Source of the DNA: a bacterium
Lineage (GTDB): Bacteria > Zhuqueibacterota > Zhuqueibacteria > Residuimicrobiales > Krinioviventaceae
DNA: 64,000 nucleotides
Direction: 5' to 3'
Assembly (NCBI GenBank): GCA_963693055.1
Contig: OY843751.1
Span: forward strand, 2,592,001 to 2,656,000
Position numbers and translations under genes: made by a program. Shown here one piece after another: positions 19,419-27,814 of the stretch; positions within the stretch are counted from its first letter, which is position 1; each line of letters begins with the position of its first letter. The notes below the pieces were generated by a model. That model did no database searches and had not been told where the DNA came from. It saw only the letters and a list, made by a program, of their open reading frames with translations.

Positions 19419-21506
19419 TCATAAATTGAGCAATTGATCAAGATTGGTTGGTATTGTTACTGTAAAAGTAGTTCCCACATCTTGTTTGCTTTTTACAGAT
19501 ATGGTGCCTTTATGATCTTCAATGATCTGGTAGCAAATAGATAGGCCAAGACCTGTTCCTACCCCTACACCTTTGGTAGTAAAGCCTGGATTGAAAATTT
19601 GGTCAATTTGTTCCAAAGGTATACCTTTGCCGTTATCTGTAATTTCAACAATGATTTTATTATTTTTATGTTCTGTTTTTATTTTTATTTTACCCTTGCC
19701 GGATATTGCTTGTCTTGCATTTATTAACAGATTCAAAAAAACCTGATTTAATCTACCAGGATAGCAGGATATGATAGGTAATTTCCCAAATTCTTTGATA
19801 ATGGTAATATCATGTTTTATTTCATGGTGAATGATGACAAGCGTGTCCTCAATTCCATCATGGATATTTGCTTCTTTTAATTCAGCCTCATCCAGACGTG
19901 CAAAACTTCGTAACCGTTTTACAATATTGGTGACACGTGTTGTGCCTGATTCTATAACCCGATTCGCGTCATTAATGATGCTAAGAGATTTAAAGATCTG
20001 AGAATTGTTTTCCAGTATTTCAGGATAGTTTTCAGACAACTCGTTTTGGAGCTTTGAAACCGCCCTAACCAGCGTATTATGCATACTGTTAATTGCACCC
20101 ACAGGAGTATTTATTTCATGGGCAATGCCGGCAACTAACATTCCCAATGCACCCATTTTTTCTGATTGAACCAATTGGGCTTGGGTTTTGCGTAATTTCT
20201 GGTTTGCCTGTTCAAGATTGCTCATTACGGATTTAATTTCCGTAACATCATGGGCAATACCAATTCGTTCAATTAATTCACCATCAAAATTATAAATGCC
20301 CGTTGTGTGAGAGATAAACCATCGCCAGTTGCCGTCTTTATGGCGTAATCTGTAATTATGTTCTACATGTTTATCAAGATTCTTGTTGTCTTTGAATGTG
20401 ATATTGTCGTCAGGATGTATGAGGGATTCCATGGTTTTCCCAATATAATCTCTGACCCTGTGTCCGGTTATTTCCTGGAATTGAGGTGAAATGTAGGAAA
20501 AAGTATTGTCCGGTTTCATGGAGAATATAATATCCGTTGCATTTTCAACCAAACTCCGGAAACGTGTTTCAGAAACTTTGAGCGCTTCTTCAGCATTTCT
20601 TCTTGCATTAATATTATAAAGTGAAGCAATGTATACTTTTTCACCACCAATTTCATTTTTAACAATTGACAATATCATCCAGATAAATGAACCATTTTTA
20701 TGTTTTATCTGGAGTTCGTGGTTATAAAGATGCCCCTTTTCTTTCATTATGTTTTCAATAAATATTCTATCACAGTTTTCATGATAAAATTCTAATGTGT
20801 CTTTTTCTAATAGTTCTGATTCTGAAAATCCGGTTATATCAGATAATGGTTTGTTGATGTATAAAGTTTTTCCGTCATTTACCCTGCTGATAATATAGGG
20901 AATAGGAGATACTTCAACGATTGCTCTTAATTTATCATCAACCGTTTTTATGTCTGTAATGTCAACAAATAACCATGCTCTTCCCAGTGTTTGAGTGCTT
21001 TCCTTATTCATAACAGTAATGGATGAAAATGAAAGAAAACGCTGTGAAGGTTTAATAGTCATTAAAGAACGGCTGAAAAATTCTTTGTAATTCGAATCTT
21101 TTTTGTAGGCTTTGTCCGGATTTATTTCAAGCTGTTTGATTATTCTCCGAAATTCTTCTGGTTCTTTAAAGCATTTTTTTAACTTGGGCAACAGGTCCTG
21201 AAAGGGTTTTTGGGTAATTTCGTTATCCTTGAGATCAAAATATTCGGAAACCTGCTTATTAAACGATGTAACTATACCTAGCGGATTCACCATCAACATT
21301 GCACTGTTTGAACTGTCTAATACAGCTTGTAATTCATCTCTGCTTATAGACAATTCATTAAGCAAGGATTTTAATTGCTTGTTTTTTTCTTCAAGTTGTT
21401 CCTGAACCGACAATAATGCTACATTTGCATTAGCTAACTTGATTGCCGCTTTTTCAAGATCACGTTGGTTGTTTTTAGAGTTGGTATCGCTCTTCAATAT
21501 TGTCAT
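19419..21506 (-). CDS. Cytoplasmic multi-PAS sensor histidine kinase (NtrB-like)
   Basis: N-terminal coiled coil, three PAS/PAC repeats, H-box GIAHEINTP, N-box QVFLNLLINA, DNGKGI, FTTK, GTGLGL; no TM segment. Confidence 0.93.
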   Translation of the reverse strand: MTILKSDTNSKNNQRDLEKAAIKLANANVALLSVQEQLEEKNKQLKSLLNELSISRDELQAVLDSSNSAMLMVNPLGIVTSFNKQVSEYFDLKDNEITQKPFQDLLPKLKKCFKEPEEFRRIIKQLEINPDKAYKKDSNYKEFFSRSLMTIKPSQRFLSFSSITVMNKESTQTLGRAWLFVDITDIKTVDDKLRAIVEVSPIPYIISRVNDGKTLYINKPLSDITGFSESELLEKDTLEFYHENCDRIFIENIMKEKGHLYNHELQIKHKNGSFIWMILSIVKNEIGGEKVYIASLYNINARRNAEEALKVSETRFRSLVENATDIIFSMKPDNTFSYISPQFQEITGHRVRDYIGKTMESLIHPDDNITFKDNKNLDKHVEHNYRLRHKDGNWRWFISHTTGIYNFDGELIERIGIAHDVTEIKSVMSNLEQANQKLRKTQAQLVQSEKMGALGMLVAGIAHEINTPVGAINSMHNTLVRAVSKLQNELSENYPEILENNSQIFKSLSIINDANRVIESGTTRVTNIVKRLRSFARLDEAELKEANIHDGIEDTLVIIHHEIKHDITIIKEFGKLPIISCYPGRLNQVFLNLLINARQAISGKGKIKIKTEHKNNKIIVEITDNGKGIPLEQIDQIFNPGFTTKGVGVGTGLGLSICYQIIEDHKGTISVKSKQDVGTTFTVTIPTNLDQLLNL

Positions 21507-21582
21507 CCGTTTTAATGGTATGTGGTTTATTGAAATTACTCAATACTATAGAACGTAAACTTGACCATCAGGTTTCCTTTTT

Positions 21583-22557
21583 TTAGAACGAATCCAGATT
21601 ATAGGTAATTCCAAAAATTGGTTTGTTATCAATAATAGATATACCGGGTACAATGCGGGCATTTCTGCTTTCATGCATATAGATAATTGCTTTAGACACT
21701 GCAATACCATAAACAGCCCCCATAAAAACATCTGATGGCCAATGGGATTTATAATCGATACGTTGAAAACCAACTGTGGTTGCAATACCATATGCTATTG
21801 TAGAGAATGCCCAATGATCAACATGATGTGATAATACGGTTGCCAGTTGAAAGATGTTTGATGTATGTCCTGAAGGAAACGAGCGGTCTCCATCAAATTC
21901 AAAGAAATAGGGACCCTGTTCATCATTAGGTCTTGATCTGCCAATGATTCTGTGTAAAATTTGAACACGTGTGTTACCTTCAAAAATCATAGACTCTAAC
22001 AATTGAACCGAAGCCTCTTGTAAATGTTCTTTTTTCAAGAGATATCCTGCAAAGAAACCACCTATATAGTATGGGTGGGTATTACGGGTAAGTCCCGAGG
22101 GTTCGAAAAAATTACCCACTTGTAATACCTTTTTATACACCCGATCGTTATTATGTCTGTTCAAAAAATCATATATTTCCTGGTCTTTATAATACAATAA
22201 ACCAAAAGTAGCCAGTATGGAGCCTAGTTTAATTGCCGAGTTTTTATCAATTCGGGCAGGGGAGGTAAGAATATATTTATAATCATCATAAAGGAATTTG
22301 GTATTGTGTAGAATTAAATCCAGACTTGAATTGTAGCTTTGTACAACAGGATTTAAATTTTGTCTTGATGCTTGAAAAGTGGTATGTTGATTTTGTTGGA
22401 TTTGCAGGGTGTCAGTTTTAGTGTCGTTGGTTTTGAGTGTATTTTGTTCGTCTCCAATGTCACTAGTAGGAGAATAATGCTGTATAATATCACCTTTATT
22501 CTCAAAACCCAATGCTATTGAAAATCCGAATATAAAATATAAAAGTAAAATTTTCAT
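21583..22557 (-). CDS. PAP2 family phosphatase with signal peptide
   Basis: GRSRP, SFPSGH and RIDYKSHWPSDV PAP2 motifs; N-terminal signal MKILLLYFIFGFSIALG. Confidence 0.88.
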   Translation of the reverse strand: MKILLLYFIFGFSIALGFENKGDIIQHYSPTSDIGDEQNTLKTNDTKTDTLQIQQNQHTTFQASRQNLNPVVQSYNSSLDLILHNTKFLYDDYKYILTSPARIDKNSAIKLGSILATFGLLYYKDQEIYDFLNRHNNDRVYKKVLQVGNFFEPSGLTRNTHPYYIGGFFAGYLLKKEHLQEASVQLLESMIFEGNTRVQILHRIIGRSRPNDEQGPYFFEFDGDRSFPSGHTSNIFQLATVLSHHVDHWAFSTIAYGIATTVGFQRIDYKSHWPSDVFMGAVYGIAVSKAIIYMHESRNARIVPGISIIDNKPIFGITYNLDSF

Positions 22558-22677
22558 AATAATTGATTTTTTACATGATATTGGATGAATTTGTGTTTTC
22601 TAATACAAGAATCCTAATATAAAAACAAGTATTGAATTTACAAACAATAATTGAAAAATGTTCACCATTGCTCTATT

Positions 22678-22692
22678 TGGCACAAAATTTGA
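22678..22692 (+). promoter_or_regulatory. Candidate sigma54 (-24/-12) promoter TGGCAC-N5-TTGA
   Basis: TGGCACAAAATTTGA, GG-N10-GA spacing, 57 nt upstream of ATG 22750; the -12 C is replaced by A. Confidence 0.4.
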
Positions 22693-22749
22693 AAAACAGA
22701 AAATGATTAATATATTTGCTTTCCATACTTATTATTTTGGAGGATATCT

Positions 22750-24717
22750 ATGTCTCTCGGTACTGATATAAAAATACTTTTGGTTGAAGATGCTGCGGTT
22801 ATGCGAAAAATGGAATTAAAGACATTAAAGTCGTTGGGCTTTGAAAATATTATTGAAGCCCCTGACGGTCAGGCCGCTCAAGATATCCTGGAAGCAGACA
22901 GTTCAATTCAACTTGTGATCAGTGACTGGAACATGCCCAATAAAAGTGGTTATGAACTTTTAATATGGGTGAGACAGCATGATACGTATAAAGATTTACC
23001 CTTTCTGATGGCAACAGGTCGTGGTGAGAAAAAAGAAATGGCCAAAGCAGATAGTGCCGGGGTTAGTAGCTTTATTTCAAAACCTTTTGATGCCAGTGAA
23101 TTGAGTGAAAAGATCCAGGAAGCCTTTGGTATGGGACAACCAGCCGAGAAAAAGATAAATCGGGTAATACAAACAGCTCCTTCCGGTAAAATATTGCTTC
23201 GTATTGGCCATATTCAAATAACTGACCATTTGGTTCTTGGTGTTCTTAAACATTTGATTAAAACAGGAGAATTAAAGCCCCAAACATTTGAATTGGATAC
23301 CCTTTGTTTGTCAAGTTGGAACCCTGTTGCAAAATCGCTTGAAAGCGGTGATATTGATGGCGCTTGTGTGCTTGCACCTATAGCTATGGATTTGTTTAGT
23401 TATGACGTGCCAATCCAATTAATTTTATTTGCTCACCGAAATGGAAGTATATTTGTACGTAACCGTAAGGGTGATGAATATAGAGAACCTTATGAAAATT
23501 TCTTTCGTGGTAAATCTTTTCTGTTGCCACACCTTATGTCTATACATAACATTCTTGCTCACATGTTTTTCAGCGGAATCGGTTTAAATGCAGGATTTGC
23601 AGGTGATGAAGGTGTAGATGTTAACTTTGAAGTTGTACCGCCTGTAAAAATGCCGGAAATTCTTGCCAATAATGAAAAAGCATGTGGTTACCTGGTTGCT
23701 GAACCTTTGGGTACAAAAGCGATTGCCAGTGGAATTGCAGAATTGCAGTTTATTTCAAGCGAATTGTGGGACAACCATCCTTGTTGCGTTGTTACAATGC
23801 AGCAAGATATTATTGACCAACATCCCGAAGTTGTTCAGGAATTTACCAATATGCTGGTTTACGCGGGCAAGTTGATTGAAGAAAAACCGGGAATTGCCGC
23901 TGAAATTGGTGTTGAATTTTTAGATCCTAACAAAGTTTTAGGCCTCAAACCCGCATTAATTAAAAATGTATTAACAGAACCCAAGGGTATTAAAACCGGT
24001 GATTTGTATCCATCCGTTGAAGATCTTGATCGTATTCAACATTACATGCACGATAATATTGGTTTAGGAAATATTATTGATCTGGATAAATTTGTAGATA
24101 TGCGTTTTGCTGATGTTGCCTGCAAAGATACTGATGTTAATAAACGTTCATCTGTAGTTAGGTCTGAAGATAAAGTTCAGGATATTCTTGTTAGAGATAG
24201 CGGATATCAGGCAGTTCAGTCTGAAAAATCAATGATCAATTTAGAAGGAAAATATTTATCTTTTTCAATGGGCAAGGAAGAATATGGAATTGATATTTTA
24301 AAAATCAAAGAAATTATTAAAATGCAAAATATCCGTTCCATTCCCAATTTACCACCGCATATCAAAGGCGTTATTAATTTACGTGGTAGTGTAATACCGG
24401 TAATTGATCTGCGTCTTCGTTTTGGAATGACACCCATGGATTATGATGAACGCACTGTAATTATTGTTTTGGAAATATACTACCAGGGTCGAACTGTAAT
24501 GATGGGGGTAGCAGTTGATTCTGTTTCCGAAGTTTCTGACATACACGTTGCAGATATAGATGAAACGCCATCATTTGGTGTGAATACGCAAACAGACTAC
24601 ATTCTGGCAATTGCAAAACTCAAGGGCCATGTTAAAATCCTTTTGGATATTGACAAAGTTTTAACCCGCAATGAAGCAGAGATAGTAACCGAGATGTTTC
24701 AAGACGCAGCTCAATAA
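22750..24717 (+). CDS. Fusion protein: CheY-like receiver, NrtA/CmpA/NasS-type substrate-binding fold, and CheW domain
   Basis: REC (LLVED, SDWNMP, MATG, SKPF); middle LRIGHIQITDH, HRNGS, SIHN, VAEP, WDNHPCCV; CheW YLSF..EEYGIDI, KGVINLRGSVIPVIDLR, VDSVSEV; no signal peptide. Confidence 0.88.
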   Translation: MSLGTDIKILLVEDAAVMRKMELKTLKSLGFENIIEAPDGQAAQDILEADSSIQLVISDWNMPNKSGYELLIWVRQHDTYKDLPFLMATGRGEKKEMAKADSAGVSSFISKPFDASELSEKIQEAFGMGQPAEKKINRVIQTAPSGKILLRIGHIQITDHLVLGVLKHLIKTGELKPQTFELDTLCLSSWNPVAKSLESGDIDGACVLAPIAMDLFSYDVPIQLILFAHRNGSIFVRNRKGDEYREPYENFFRGKSFLLPHLMSIHNILAHMFFSGIGLNAGFAGDEGVDVNFEVVPPVKMPEILANNEKACGYLVAEPLGTKAIASGIAELQFISSELWDNHPCCVVTMQQDIIDQHPEVVQEFTNMLVYAGKLIEEKPGIAAEIGVEFLDPNKVLGLKPALIKNVLTEPKGIKTGDLYPSVEDLDRIQHYMHDNIGLGNIIDLDKFVDMRFADVACKDTDVNKRSSVVRSEDKVQDILVRDSGYQAVQSEKSMINLEGKYLSFSMGKEEYGIDILKIKEIIKMQNIRSIPNLPPHIKGVINLRGSVIPVIDLRLRFGMTPMDYDERTVIIVLEIYYQGRTVMMGVAVDSVSEVSDIHVADIDETPSFGVNTQTDYILAIAKLKGHVKILLDIDKVLTRNEAEIVTEMFQDAAQ

Positions 24718-24733
24718 AAAAAAGGAGCTGCAC

Positions 24734-25606
24734 ATGAATAAACAATTACGAGCGCTGTACAGGGATATGATAATCGCCATGGGAGTGGAGGGTTTGACTA
24801 TCCCTGTCACAGCAGTGAAATTTTTTAAAAATGGGGATACCATCCCTGATAAAATTATGGATTATCATCCCGATGATTTGACAGTCACCAGTTGCCAGGC
24901 TACCAAGCAGGCATCCTTGGGTGATGCTGTTTGTTTGACTCGTGATAACATTGGCTGTATTGCAGCTGCAATAACCTTTGGGCTTGTTGATCAGTATGAT
25001 GACAAACCCCTGGGTAAATCAAGAGTTTATACTGATATTATGCGTCAACAGTCAGATGCTTTGAATGATTTTATACCACCTTCACCCAAAGATTTTACTT
25101 CAGGCGTTGTATATGCATGCAAGGATTCCAATAACCCAGATTTCTGTTTGTTCGGCCATGACGACAGTGGAAGATTCAAGACTGTAGAGTTGGCCCAAAA
25201 TGCGATCAGTGAGATGATGGCTATTCAACCTGCAACAATGAACGCAGTCTTTTTTTGTTCACCTGAATTTGATGAAATAGAGCTTGAACCTGATATTATA
25301 GTATTATCGGTGAGACCTGTTGAACTGGCAAGAATTATACAGGCCTATCAATTTACAACAGGTAAGCGTGTTACTGCCAATATGGGTCCGGTACGTGTAG
25401 TCAATTCGGATCTGATTGTTCGTCCGTATTTAACGCAAGAGATGAATATTTCAACTTATTGTATAGGTGCACGTCTTATTGCCCAGTATGAAGCAGACAA
25501 GATGGGAATGGGTATCCCATATCACACTTTTAAATTAATTGCAGAATCAATGAATACCTCTAAAACAGGATATCCTTTTCACTTGTACCCAGGTGCTGAT
25601 GATTAA
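24734..25606 (+). CDS. DUF169 family protein (Cys-containing)
   Basis: PVTAVKF, SCQA, IGCIAAAITFG, PDIIVL..RP, STYCIGAR pattern typical of DUF169; AAGGAG RBS. Confidence 0.72.
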   Translation: MNKQLRALYRDMIIAMGVEGLTIPVTAVKFFKNGDTIPDKIMDYHPDDLTVTSCQATKQASLGDAVCLTRDNIGCIAAAITFGLVDQYDDKPLGKSRVYTDIMRQQSDALNDFIPPSPKDFTSGVVYACKDSNNPDFCLFGHDDSGRFKTVELAQNAISEMMAIQPATMNAVFFCSPEFDEIELEPDIIVLSVRPVELARIIQAYQFTTGKRVTANMGPVRVVNSDLIVRPYLTQEMNISTYCIGARLIAQYEADKMGMGIPYHTFKLIAESMNTSKTGYPFHLYPGADD

Positions 25607-25623
25607 GACGTTACGGAATTGCT

Positions 25624-27057
25624 ATGAATAACTATGTGAAAATTTTGATTCGTAGGATGGCCCATATAACGGGTACCGAACTTACACCTGAACATTACCG
25701 CGTTCTGGAATATACCTACGATTATTATAAAAAAAATCATGTGGGTCCCATGCATTATAACATTAAAAAGAATTTGGGATTCTCGCAATCTGATCTTCAA
25801 AAGATGTTTCCATTTGGTTTAAAATCTGTTTACACATGGGTAGATATACCTATCCAGACACCTGATCAATCATGTAAACCTTTTCCCGCAATTAAGGTTA
25901 AGAATTTTAGAGAAGTTTATCTTGACCATAATGCTACTACATATGTCAGATTAAAAATTGTTACTGCTCTTGAAAAATATTATTCCGGGAAAATGGGTTT
26001 TGGGAATCCTAGCAGCAGTACAGAGCCGGGAAAAGAATCTTATGAATATATTGAAACTGCACGGGCACAGATAGCCAGATGTCTGGATGTTTTACCACAG
26101 GAAATAATTTTTACAGGTAGTGGGTCAGAGGCCAATAATCTTGCTATCAAAGGTATTGCATTTCAACATCTTGAAAACAAGGGCCATTTTATTACATCTA
26201 AAATTGAACATTCCTCAGTACTTAAAACCATGCAGTTTTTGGAATCTATTGGATTTACTGTTACCTATCTGGATGTTGATGCTAAAGGGAAAATAAATTT
26301 AGAACAGCTTGAACAATCCATTACTGAAAAAACATTGCTTGTTTCTATTATGATGGCAAATAATGAAATTGGTACTATTAGCCCGGTTAATGAGATTTCT
26401 GAAATATGTCAACGATATAATGTACCTTTAATGATGGATAGCATACAGGCATTTGGTAGAATACCAATAAAACCTAAAAATCTTGGTATTTCTATGCTAT
26501 CGCTTTCAGGACACAAAATTTATGCTCCCAAAGGAGTTGCTGCTCTTTATGTTTCAAATGATATTCCGCTGATACCTGTTATCCACGGAGGCAGTCAGGA
26601 ATTTGGATTGCGCGCAGGTACAGAAAATGTTGGACATATCATGGCATTAGGAAAAGCTACTTTATTAATTTGTCGTGACATGGATACTGAGACGAATCGG
26701 CTTTTAGAGTTGCGGCAGTTTTTTCTGGACAGTCTTTACAATATAGAACCTGATCTTATCGTTAATGGTTCATTAAAGGATCGTTTACCTCATAATCTCA
26801 GTATTGGCTTTCCAGGTGTTGACAGTGGAGCATTACTTTTAGGCCTTAATCAAATCGGTGTTTATTCGTCTTCAGGATCTGCCTGCAGTTCCGGCAATGA
26901 AAGAAACTCTCATGTTCTAAATGCCATTGGCGTTGATCCTAAAAAATATGGTACTATTCGTTTCAGCATGGGATTAAGAACAACTCGTGAAGACCTTGAA
27001 TATGTGTTGACATTGTTACCCCAGATTTTAAAGCATCTCAAATCCAATCAATCATGA
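25624..27057 (+). CDS. iscS: Cysteine desulfurase (IscS/NifS group I) with N-terminal DsrC/TusE-like domain
   Basis: YLDHNATT, FTGSGSEANN, IEHSSV, PLP site SGHKIYAPKG, catalytic SSGSACSS; N-terminal LTPEHYRVLEY..DYY..GP..MFPFG resembles DsrC/TusE. Confidence 0.88.
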   Translation: MNNYVKILIRRMAHITGTELTPEHYRVLEYTYDYYKKNHVGPMHYNIKKNLGFSQSDLQKMFPFGLKSVYTWVDIPIQTPDQSCKPFPAIKVKNFREVYLDHNATTYVRLKIVTALEKYYSGKMGFGNPSSSTEPGKESYEYIETARAQIARCLDVLPQEIIFTGSGSEANNLAIKGIAFQHLENKGHFITSKIEHSSVLKTMQFLESIGFTVTYLDVDAKGKINLEQLEQSITEKTLLVSIMMANNEIGTISPVNEISEICQRYNVPLMMDSIQAFGRIPIKPKNLGISMLSLSGHKIYAPKGVAALYVSNDIPLIPVIHGGSQEFGLRAGTENVGHIMALGKATLLICRDMDTETNRLLELRQFFLDSLYNIEPDLIVNGSLKDRLPHNLSIGFPGVDSGALLLGLNQIGVYSSSGSACSSGNERNSHVLNAIGVDPKKYGTIRFSMGLRTTREDLEYVLTLLPQILKHLKSNQS

Positions 27058-27121
27058 TAACTATATGTTTATAATATTTTTTTTTGTATATTGATTCATT
27101 AATATTTAAAACAAAATCTTG

Positions 27122-27814
27122 ATGAATATTTTTGAATTTAAGAAATTAATTTTGTATATAGACAATCATTTACTGGTTGCAAATAAACCGGCGGGTTTAC
27201 TGGTACAGGGTGATCAAACCGGTGATTCAACATTGTTGGAACTGAGTAAAGTTTTTCTTAAACATGAATTTGATAAAAAAGGTAATGTCTACCTTGGTCT
27301 TGTTCAGCGGATTGATCGTCCGGTTTCTGGAATTGTTGTATTTGCCAGAACATCCAAAGCAGCGGGACGATTGAGTGAAGCCATACGTCAAAGACAATTC
27401 CGTAAAACATATGTAGCTTTGGTGCAAGGTGTACCTGATCAACAGGACAAGTTGATTGATTATCTTGATCGTAATGGTGTTACCAGTATTATTGTTGATT
27501 CAGATACTGGAAAAAAAGCCGAGTTGTCTTATAAAAGACTTGATAGCAAAAAAAATGTTTCTTTGCTTGAAATTGATCTGCATACAGGAAGACATCATCA
27601 AATCCGTGTCCAGTTTGCAAGTCGAGGATTTCCCATTTTAGGTGATTTTCGTTATGGTTCCAAAACTCGGTTTGGTAACAAGGCCTTGGCTTTACATGCG
27701 AGTCGTCTGACATTGCAGCACCCGGTTAGTAAGGAATGGTTGACATTTAACAGTTGTCCGGATATGTCTTATTGGCCAATTGATTCAGAATGTAAGGAGA
27801 TTATATTTAAATGA
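27122..27814 (+). CDS. RluA family RNA pseudouridine synthase
   Basis: NKPAGLLVQ, QRIDRPVSG (catalytic Asp), TGRHHQIRVQ, PILGDFRYG, LHASRL. Confidence 0.93.
   Translation: MNIFEFKKLILYIDNHLLVANKPAGLLVQGDQTGDSTLLELSKVFLKHEFDKKGNVYLGLVQRIDRPVSGIVVFARTSKAAGRLSEAIRQRQFRKTYVALVQGVPDQQDKLIDYLDRNGVTSIIVDSDTGKKAELSYKRLDSKKNVSLLEIDLHTGRHHQIRVQFASRGFPILGDFRYGSKTRFGNKALALHASRLTLQHPVSKEWLTFNSCPDMSYWPIDSECKEIIFK

Noticed and set aside
21546-21983. Alternative-frame ORFs inside the PAP2 gene
   Set aside because: Shadow ORFs within a well-supported gene; the same applies to the other 60-160 aa ORFs nested in or antisense to housekeeping genes
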